From the IMG/VR virus record IMGVR_UViG_3300037465_000164, positions 1 to 30,877 of that record: 30,877 nt of DNA. One strand, written 5' to 3'. The stretch is from a virus (lineage: Duplodnaviria; Caudoviricetes). Position numbers and translations under genes: made by a program. Numbering within the stretch: the stretch's first letter is position 1; the number at the start of each line of letters is the position of its first letter. Under the pieces are notes generated by a model. The model was not told where the DNA came from and did not search any database. It saw only the letters and a list, made by a program, of their open reading frames with translations. Below are positions 25,316 to 30,877 of this stretch, one piece after another.

Positions 25316-25650
25316 AAAAGGTTCAATGTGCGTTTTGCGTAGCGAGGCCACCAGTAGATGCACCCAATACGAAAGCTATAGAGCAACCCATGACCACAAC
25401 AATGCGCCCAAGATGCACATTGAATCCCTGAACAGAATCGAATAATAAAACGAGGTAGCTGTGGCGAGTGTTCAAAATATGGTTTCTCTGTCCATCGTGT
25501 CCAATGATGAAGATGGTGGGCAAGACGTTCAGTAACAGGGCGAATCCAATCACAATAGATGTTGCGCCGAAATCTCTGCCAATGAGAAAACGATTGTGCT
25601 TGGGCAATCCCGCCCATCTCTAGCTTAATTCCAGGACAGGCTCGGGTCAT
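25312..25650 (-). CDS. Hypothetical Cys/His/Trp-rich protein, low GC (start ATG 25650)
   Basis: 112 aa; ATGA overlap with the terL stop codon. Confidence 0.5.
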   Translation of the reverse strand: MTRACPGIKLEMGGIAQAQSFSHWQRFRRNIYCDWIRPVTERLAHHLHHWTRWTEKPYFEHSPQLPRFIIRFCSGIQCASWAHCCGHGLLYSFRIGCIYWWPRYAKRTLNLL

Positions 25651-27197
25651 CTTCCCGCCACCTTCACCTTGCCACGCCCGAAGCCATGCACCCCGCCCTC
25701 CGCCCACCCCTCCGGCCTCGCCGTGTTCGGCTGCGCCTGCTGATACGTCGGCGCGGTCGTCTGCTGCGAGAGACTGCTGCGAAGTTTCCGCACCATGCCG
25801 CTGATCCCTAAGGCGATCACGAGGTCGTCTCTGAATCCGGCCTCCGCTTTCGGCTTGCCGTGAATCATGGTAATCGCTTTACACTGCTCGATCAACTCCC
25901 GATCACGTAACTCAATGCTTCGCCCTGCAATCTCCCGTTGCAGTTGGGCGAATAATTCCATGCGCGACTTGGCATCGGTCAGCCAGCCGAGATGCCCCGT
26001 ATTGCGCCCAATCCCAAACTCCGTCACCTGCTCGGAAAACAGGTTGCTCGTCAACTGTTGCAAGGCGCTGACGACCGAGAAACCGAGACCATTTCTTTCA
26101 GGGGCGATGAGGGCATTGCCGTAGTAGCGGGACATCAGCCAGCCTTGCACCGCCAGTTCATCAGGTCGCAGGTCGGCGTCAATCACCGCCGCAACGCGGT
26201 TCATGCGGCAGTTGCGGGCCACCCCCGCGCACCGGCTCGTCCCTTCGCCCGTGGCAATATCGAGGCCGATGACGTACAAGTCACGCTCGTCCCGTAACTC
26301 ATAGAGCCGCACCGGCCCGCCCTCCTGAGGCCGCCACTCCGGTGTTGGCAAGCCATCGACGAAGTAGCCGATGCCCGGTTTCCCCAAAACCTCAATCGGC
26401 TCGCACACAATCTGCTGCCGCAACGCCAACGGGTCGAAGAAGCGGTAGCCGAGCATCACCTCCCGGCTGCCTTTGACGTACTGCTCAATGAACTCGACGG
26501 GGTAATCTTTGAGGAGCCGAGCGACATAATCCGCCGGGAGGTGCGGGTTATCGAGCGTGCTGCACCGAATGACGCGATAGCCCTCTCGATAATCAGGCGA
26601 GGCGGTATAGAACTCCTCGACGTGCGGAGAGCGCCAGATGACCGAGCCGGGGCCGTAGAACATCTGCCAGAGCCAGTCGTGGCCGTTTGGGTTCGCGGTC
26701 AAGCGCATCTTGCGGCTGCTGTTCGGGCGGCGGAGGCGACCTAAGAGAAGATCGAAGCGTTCGGGCAAGGTTTCCTCGGCCTGGTCGATGTAGGCCGCGC
26801 CGAGGTTGAGGTTCTTCAGACCCGCGTCATCGTCAAGGTGGCGGAAGAGGATTTCGCTGCCGTTGTGGTGGCGGTAGGTCGCCCGGCCCTCGTTCCAGGT
26901 CGCGGCGGACTTCACGACATACGGCAGGCTAAAGAAGGATTTAATCGTGCTATCCGCGAGGTCGGTATACTCTTGCCGCCCCACCAAAATCAGGTTGTTC
27001 GGGTACAGCTCGGCATCCAAGTACGCCCCCATGCACAGCGCATCGGTCTTCGCCGCCCCGAAACCGCCGTCCATCAGCACCGGCTGCGGGGACTTCTCCA
27101 GGATGAAGGCAGATTGATGGGGCAGCCATTCGCGCTGGGCTGGATTTTGCGCCACGTTGCGTTGTGGCGCGTGTTCGGTGTCATGGGTATCTGGCAT
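25647..27197 (-). CDS. terL: Terminase large subunit
   Basis: Q motif LPHQ, Walker A GGFGAAKT, Walker B AYIDQAEE, coupling motif LTANP, DNPHLP, and RNase H-like nuclease motifs YVIGLDIATG, ERNG and DDLVIA. Confidence 0.95.
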   Translation of the reverse strand: MPDTHDTEHAPQRNVAQNPAQREWLPHQSAFILEKSPQPVLMDGGFGAAKTDALCMGAYLDAELYPNNLILVGRQEYTDLADSTIKSFFSLPYVVKSAATWNEGRATYRHHNGSEILFRHLDDDAGLKNLNLGAAYIDQAEETLPERFDLLLGRLRRPNSSRKMRLTANPNGHDWLWQMFYGPGSVIWRSPHVEEFYTASPDYREGYRVIRCSTLDNPHLPADYVARLLKDYPVEFIEQYVKGSREVMLGYRFFDPLALRQQIVCEPIEVLGKPGIGYFVDGLPTPEWRPQEGGPVRLYELRDERDLYVIGLDIATGEGTSRCAGVARNCRMNRVAAVIDADLRPDELAVQGWLMSRYYGNALIAPERNGLGFSVVSALQQLTSNLFSEQVTEFGIGRNTGHLGWLTDAKSRMELFAQLQREIAGRSIELRDRELIEQCKAITMIHGKPKAEAGFRDDLVIALGISGMVRKLRSSLSQQTTAPTYQQAQPNTARPEGWAEGGVHGFGRGKVKVAGR

Positions 27198-27261
27198 CGT
27201 ATTTCAGGAGATCGCCCGTTCTAGGTGGCAAAGAATCGAAATACAGGCCATGTCCGCAACG

Positions 27262-27498
27262 TCAGGCCTCGCATTCGTAGTCTGGCAAGGTTTCCCCCGC
27301 AGGTAACACCTGATTGGCACGACCCCGACGAGTCATAAAGTCCACACAATCCAGCGGCTCAGACTCATGTTCACTCTTGGCGTGACACGCACAATGATAC
27401 CGCGCCTCATGCCCACAGGATTTCCGACCGAGCTCGTTGAAAAAAGCGCGTCCAGGGTTCGTGCGGGCACGCCATGGACGCGGGAACTTAACGCCCAT
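27262..27498 (-). CDS. Hypothetical Cys/His-rich protein
   Basis: 78 aa between terS and terL; SCGH...HCACH. Confidence 0.45.
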   Translation of the reverse strand: MGVKFPRPWRARTNPGRAFFNELGRKSCGHEARYHCACHAKSEHESEPLDCVDFMTRRGRANQVLPAGETLPDYECEA

Positions 27499-28006
27499 TC
27501 AGCAACTCCGCCGGGCTGACTTCCTGGGTCGTGCCGTTGTGGAGGTGGAAGATGAACTTGGGGGTTGGTTGTAACGCTCGGTCGGATTCGCTGTGGTCGC
27601 CATCGCGCCAGCCATGCATATTCTTGAGTGCAAAGATGAGACACGCCGGTTGATACACCCCAGCTAACCCGCTTTGAATCATCCGAGCCAACTGCAACTC
27701 CTTCGCTTTTTGATATGCCTTACGAAACTCTGGAAAGGCTTTGCACCATTCGAGTAACGTCTTGTGAGCGACACCAATCTTATCCGCAAAATCCTCAAAG
27801 AACGCTGGCAACTTTCCAATCGGATGGTCGATGATCTCACTGCCTTGCTTCTCCCCAAGGCTGACAACCATCGGCTTCACAACGGTCTCCCCACCCGCCT
27901 TGATAAACTCAACAATCTCTTGGCAATACGACGGATGGTACTTGCTCGGACGCCCACCAGGATGTTTACCGTTTGACCGAGCTGGCGTCGATTTCTTCTC
28001 GCTCAT
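27488..28006 (-). CDS. terS: Terminase small subunit
   Basis: GRPSKY, HTH ADKIGVAHKTLLEW...PEF, and IFALKN..GWRD; upstream of terL. Confidence 0.9.
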   Translation of the reverse strand: MSEKKSTPARSNGKHPGGRPSKYHPSYCQEIVEFIKAGGETVVKPMVVSLGEKQGSEIIDHPIGKLPAFFEDFADKIGVAHKTLLEWCKAFPEFRKAYQKAKELQLARMIQSGLAGVYQPACLIFALKNMHGWRDGDHSESDRALQPTPKFIFHLHNGTTQEVSPAELLNGR

Positions 28007-28101
28007 CCCCACACCCGCAACAGCGCGTAGCTGAACCAGGCAATAGCTGCAAGTGCCAAAAATGCCAAGACTTGCACTAGGATATACTCCGGACGCTCCA
28101 T
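28003..28101 (-). CDS. 32 aa single-TM peptide (not in the ORF track)
   Basis: MERPEYILVQVLAFLALAAIAWFSYALLRVWG; TGATG and ATGA couplings fill the gap exactly. Confidence 0.55.
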   Translation of the reverse strand: MERPEYILVQVLAFLALAAIAWFSYALLRVWG

Positions 28102-28292
28102 CAGCCCACCCCTCTCAGCGACACCCGGGTTTCCCAGCCCTTTGGGATGCGTCGCTCTTGCTCAGTCCACGCCATCGCCCCGCCCGTCATCGCGTCAACC
28201 TCCTGCTTGAGATCGCGGCACTTCGGACACCACACTTTCCACCCCATATGAACTGGAGCACCGTGTCCAGGCCAGACCGCCCGCTTCGCCAT
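28101..28292 (-). CDS. Hypothetical protein with CxxC
   Basis: GGAGAGG RBS; WCPKC; TGATG coupling. Confidence 0.55.
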   Translation of the reverse strand: MAKRAVWPGHGAPVHMGWKVWCPKCRDLKQEVDAMTGGAMAWTEQERRIPKGWETRVSLRGVG

Positions 28293-28477
28293 CACCCCTC
28301 CTCCCCAGGCTCCCGCTCAGGCGGCAGCGCCCGCTCCGTCGTCCCGAAGACCTGCTGCACCGCTTGGGGCGCGGCGGGAAACCCCCGTTTGAACCCAAAG
28401 CCGAGGTTCGGAGGTGGCTCTAGTTCGGTGTAACGACCTTCGGCGATCAGGCGTTTGCGGTGGGCAGGGGTTTGCAT
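28292..28477 (-). CDS. Hypothetical protein
   Basis: 61 aa; GAGGAG RBS and TAATG coupling. Confidence 0.55.
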   Translation of the reverse strand: MQTPAHRKRLIAEGRYTELEPPPNLGFGFKRGFPAAPQAVQQVFGTTERALPPEREPGEEG

Positions 28478-29013
28478 TATGGTAATAACTCCTCTTGAAT
28501 CCGTGTCTGTATTTGGGTCGTTGGCACTTGTTGTATGACGTTTTGGATGGTGACTGAAATCGGTCGTGGCTCTTTTCTTGTTCTGTAAGTCTTGTTAGCG
28601 TCCACATTTTGTGGACGGGTGGCGTCCACATTTTGTGGACGCTTAGCGAACTTTTCGTGTCGCAGTTTTCGCTTCAAGTAAGCGTCCACATTTTGTGGAC
28701 ACTTAGCAGGGTCGAGCGGGACGTAGTAGCAATTCGCCCCCCGGTAGGCAATCCGTCGAACGCTGATCGCGCCACACCGCCACAACTCGTGAATCGCCTT
28801 TGAGATATGGGTTCTGGAGTGCCCCGTCAGCATGGCAATCCGGCGCAAGGACGGATAGGCGAGCCGTTGCTGGTTCGCATGGTAACAAAGCACAATGTAA
28901 ACTGCCCGTGCCACATTTGACCATTCGAGGAACATGCCTGACGCAAACACCCAATTCGGATAGCGGGAGTACCCAGAAGCAGCACAACCTTTTGGAGTTG
29001 GAACCTCGGCCAT
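28477..29013 (-). CDS. Replication initiator with N-terminal winged HTH (HTH_36-like)
   Basis: VY-x-x-L-x-x-HAN...AYPSLRRIA-x-x-TGHSR-x-x-I-x-KAI-x-EL-x-x-x-G-x-I; internal iterons. Confidence 0.8.
   Translation of the reverse strand: MAEVPTPKGCAASGYSRYPNWVFASGMFLEWSNVARAVYIVLCYHANQQRLAYPSLRRIAMLTGHSRTHISKAIHELWRCGAISVRRIAYRGANCYYVPLDPAKCPQNVDAYLKRKLRHEKFAKRPQNVDATRPQNVDANKTYRTRKEPRPISVTIQNVIQQVPTTQIQTRIQEELLP
28598..28700. repeat. Three 19 bp palindromic iterons, probable replication origin
   Basis: gcgtccacattttgtggac at 28598, 28622 and 28682; each copy is an inverted repeat gtccaca-ttt-tgtggac; an AT-richer stretch adjoins on the left. Confidence 0.85.
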
Positions 29014-29288
29014 CAGTCCCCTATTCCAATGTATTGGCCGCTTTCAGGATTCCAGCAGGCGAGTGTGTAGCGATCCTGCTGGGATTCATACCAGATTTTG
29101 ACCCATCCGCGTTGCAGCAATTCTAAGCATGATTCTTCAAGACTATCCCGTCCCATCCCAGGAATGCCGTGAGGAAAATACGCTTGACCGAGACCCCGCA
29201 CTAACGTCGTTAGCACCTTGCGGGTCTCGGCGTCGAGGTCAGAAAGATTCTCTGTGAGTGGACGCGGCTCGATGAACTTCTGAGCCAT
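29013..29288 (-). CDS. Hypothetical protein, first gene of the leftward operon (start ATG 29288)
   Basis: GAGGGGGG/AGGA RBS; 91 aa; TGATG coupling to the initiator gene. Confidence 0.65.
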   Translation of the reverse strand: MAQKFIEPRPLTENLSDLDAETRKVLTTLVRGLGQAYFPHGIPGMGRDSLEESCLELLQRGWVKIWYESQQDRYTLACWNPESGQYIGIGD

Positions 29289-29303
29289 TCCTACGCCCCC
29301 CTC

Positions 29304-29352
29304 AAAAAGAATAAAAATCCTGCTTGACAAGTGCTACGAGCTATGCTATAAC
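29304..29352 (+). promoter_or_regulatory. Sigma70-type promoter with UP-like A tract and extended -10
   Basis: TTGACA at 29324-29329, 17 nt spacer, TGn-TATAAC with the hexamer at 29347-29352, and an A-rich tract at 29304-29318. Confidence 0.85.
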
Positions 29353-29358
29353 TAGACC

Positions 29359-29559
29359 ATGCGACGAGACGCGCAGATCGGTCAGCAGGTGAAGGCGATG
29401 CGGACCCGGACGGGTTGGTCATTGGAAGCGGTGGCGCGACGGTTAGGGGTGAGCTACGCCACGGTGTCGCGCTGGGAGCGGAACAAGTCGAAGCCATCGC
29501 CGTTGGCACGTGAGCGCCTCATGGCCCTTATAGCAGAATCCAAGGGCGCTGTAAAGTGA
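29359..29559 (+). CDS. XRE-family HTH regulator (Cro-like)
   Basis: VKAMR-x-x-x-GWS-x-x-x-VA-x-x-LGVS-x-x-TVSRWE-x-x-x-x-x-PS; 66 aa with no peptidase domain. Confidence 0.92.
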   Translation: MRRDAQIGQQVKAMRTRTGWSLEAVARRLGVSYATVSRWERNKSKPSPLARERLMALIAESKGAVK

Positions 29560-29612
29560 AATCTTGTGGCGCGGGCCGCGTGGGCGTCGGCCCAACCGGG
29601 GAGGGGACGAGA

Positions 29613-29807
29613 ATGGCGTGGGTAGCGGAATGGGAATCACGGCAAACCGTCAGCACCCCGTTTCGTGGTGTCTGGCGAGTCCGTGAAGTTCCAGAGGATA
29701 CCATGCTTTCTTGTCGTGAAGATCGGATGATTTCAACGACACGAGAGGGCATCAAAACCCTACTCCGTGATAGTGGCAACGGTCACGCTGTCAGGTTCGT
29801 CCGATGA
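29613..29807 (+). CDS. Hypothetical protein (start ATG 29613 or GTG 29556)
   Basis: GGAGG RBS before 29613; ATGA overlap downstream. Confidence 0.5.
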   Translation: MAWVAEWESRQTVSTPFRGVWRVREVPEDTMLSCREDRMISTTREGIKTLLRDSGNGHAVRFVR

Positions 29808-29995
29808 CCTACCTCAAATCCTCCGCTATCCGTCGCCGCATCCGCGAGAGCGGCAAACGGTGTGGGAGCGACTTCCTGCAAGCCCTCGACCGCTATGTGG
29901 ACGTACTGTGCGAACGAGCGGTGCAGACGCATAATGGATCGCGCAAAACGGTCGATGCATCCGTCTTAGCCTATCTAACCGGCCAACTGCGATGA
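29804..29995 (+). CDS. Histone-fold protein (bacterial/phage type, short alpha3)
   Basis: 63 aa: helix1 SSAIRRRIRE, L1 GKRCGSD, long helix2 FLQALDRYVDVLCERAVQ, L2 RKTVDA. The RKT motif and helix spacing match prokaryotic histones. Confidence 0.75.
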   Translation: MTYLKSSAIRRRIRESGKRCGSDFLQALDRYVDVLCERAVQTHNGSRKTVDASVLAYLTGQLR

Positions 29996-30129
29996 GACTC
30001 GTCAACCATACCGACATCCCTTCCGAACTCAGTCGCATTATTGATCTCTCGCAACACGCATTCCTGTCCCTCGCGCCACTCGCGCAGGGCATCATCGACG
30101 TAACGGTGGAGGCCTGCCATGACCCTTGA
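29992..30129 (+). CDS. Hypothetical 45 aa protein (not in the ORF track)
   Basis: MRLVNHTDIP...; ATGA overlap; its 3' end carries the GGAGG RBS of the next gene. Confidence 0.4.
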   Translation: MRLVNHTDIPSELSRIIDLSQHAFLSLAPLAQGIIDVTVEACHDP

Positions 30130-30325
30130 CCAGTTGTCCCTCGCCCGCGCCCTGCAAGCGTGGCTGCACAGCTACCAGGCGGTGCATGGCCCGTTGTCTG
30201 AGGACGAAGCCGAGGTCTACCGCAGCCTCGGCGGGTTTCTGCTCGCGGTCGCCCAGGAAGAAGAGGACGAGCTGACGCCGAGCGGCGTCCCGTACACGAC
30301 GGACTACCCACAGGAGGAACCATGA
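30119..30325 (+). CDS. Hypothetical acidic protein
   Basis: GGAGG RBS; 68 aa. Confidence 0.6.
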   Translation: MTLDQLSLARALQAWLHSYQAVHGPLSEDEAEVYRSLGGFLLAVAQEEEDELTPSGVPYTTDYPQEEP

Positions 30326-30669
30326 ACAAGGTTTGCGTTGATGATTTGACGGTCGGGCAAGTGAAAGAGTTGGCGAAGTTTGCAGGCGGAGGAATGACTG
30401 CGGACCATCCCTACCACATCGGGAAGAATTATTTTATCCGTTGCGTGACACATTACTACACAGGGCGGCTCGTGCGAGTCACCGCACAAGAGCTGGTGTT
30501 AGAAGATGCCGCGTGGATTGCTGATACTGGACGCTTTGCTCAGGCGATAGAAACGGGTGACTTCTCCGAAGTGGAACCCTATCCTGCAATTCACGAGCTT
30601 ATCATCGGACGCGGGGCGGTTGTCGATGCGATCGAAGGTTCTTGGAATCTCCCGAAGAAACAAAAATGA
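30322..30669 (+). CDS. DUF6948-like phage protein (Sm/SH3-like beta barrel)
   Basis: IGK-x-x-x-IR-x-VT-x-x-x-TGRL...ELVL-x-DA-x-W motif; AGGAGG RBS. Confidence 0.7.
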   Translation: MNKVCVDDLTVGQVKELAKFAGGGMTADHPYHIGKNYFIRCVTHYYTGRLVRVTAQELVLEDAAWIADTGRFAQAIETGDFSEVEPYPAIHELIIGRGAVVDAIEGSWNLPKKQK

Positions 30670-30839
30670 CCCAAGCTGTCTTACGAACTGGATATGATAT
30701 GTCGCGGTCGGGGTCGTGGTGGTCGCGGTCGGGGTCGCGGTCGGGGTCGTGGTGGTCGCGGCCGTGGTCGCGGTCGGGGTCGTGGTGGTCGCGGTCGGGG
30801 TCGCGGTCGGGGTCGTGGTCGGGGTCGTGGGCGGGGTAG
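30666..30839 (+). CDS. SR/SG/SW low-complexity repeat peptide, 57 aa
   Basis: ATGA overlap with the upstream gene; MTQAVLRTGYDM followed by S[RGW] dipeptides. Confidence 0.6.
   Translation: MTQAVLRTGYDMSRSGSWWSRSGSRSGSWWSRPWSRSGSWWSRSGSRSGSWSGSWAG
30702..30830 (+). repeat. Degenerate hexamer tandem repeat tcg[cgt]gg
   Basis: About 20 units with in-frame extra tgg triplets; the reading frame is preserved throughout. Confidence 0.9.
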
Positions 30840-30877
30840 ATGACCCACGCCCAACGGATTCTGCTCGTCAGCCACCT

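Larger units (their letters stand above)
1..30877. mobile_element. Tailed dsDNA bacteriophage or prophage segment (podovirus-like morphogenesis module plus part of the early region)
   Basis: The terS-terL-portal-scaffold-capsid-adaptor-nozzle gene order lies on the minus strand. No tail tube, sheath or head protease is recognisable, and no host housekeeping genes are present. No integrase is in the window, so lifestyle is unknown. Confidence 0.97.

Noticed and set aside
28048-28076. Inverted repeat tgcaagt...acttgca upstream of terS as a pac site or late promoter
   Set aside because: It has only 7 bp arms and lies within a perfectly coupled 32 aa TM ORF, which is not enough support.
28598-28700. 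Palindromic repeats as a mini-CRISPR array
   Set aside because: Only 19 bp long, spacers are 5 and 41 bp, the repeats lie in frame within the initiator gene, and no cas genes are present.
263-28987. Many plus-strand and off-frame ORFs in the track (for example 4938..5696, 13577..14221, 19624..20370, 21456..22148)
   Set aside because: They are antisense or off-frame shadows of GC-rich minus-strand genes that have RBSs, coupling and recognisable motifs.
30655-30670. -1 frameshift fusing the DUF6948-like gene to the repeat peptide at CAAAAATGA
   Set aside because: There is no X XXY YYZ heptamer, and simple ATGA coupling explains the arrangement.
30681-30875. Minus-strand poly-PR ORF
   Set aside because: It is the antisense reading of the hexamer repeat; the plus-strand ORF is coupled to its neighbours.
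1-30877. tRNA, rRNA, integrase, transposase, intron or intein
   Set aside because: No cloverleaf or catalytic motifs were recognised by eye, and terL and portal are of normal length.

Overview
The whole window is part of a tailed dsDNA phage or prophage, most likely podovirus-like, with no host genes visible. From 29288 leftwards the minus strand is an almost continuous, translationally coupled gene chain: replication initiator with internal iterons, terS, terL, about 3 kb of small Cys/His-rich or basic ORFs and a terminator, portal, scaffold, decoration protein, major capsid, an accessory block, holin-like genes, adaptor, nozzle, tail and fibre genes including four tandem paralogues, and a large ejection/tape-measure-like ORF that runs off the left edge and is missing from the ORF track. 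On the right, a strong, probably leaderless sigma70-type promoter drives an XRE HTH gene, a histone-fold gene and an Sm-like gene paired with an SR/SG/SW-repeat gene. The most unusual signal lies between the capsid and adaptor genes. Six proteins, several with phage fibre, decoration or chaperone motifs, carry Sec-type signal peptides, and five of them have paired cysteines. They surround an O-antigen-ligase/oligosaccharyltransferase-like membrane protein, which suggests virion-type parts that are exported and matured (disulfide-bonded, possibly glycosylated) in the periplasm. Two other virion proteins share a prepilin-like NE[RQ]G-x-L-x-L-G-G leader. All family calls come from motif recognition by eye; no database search was run.
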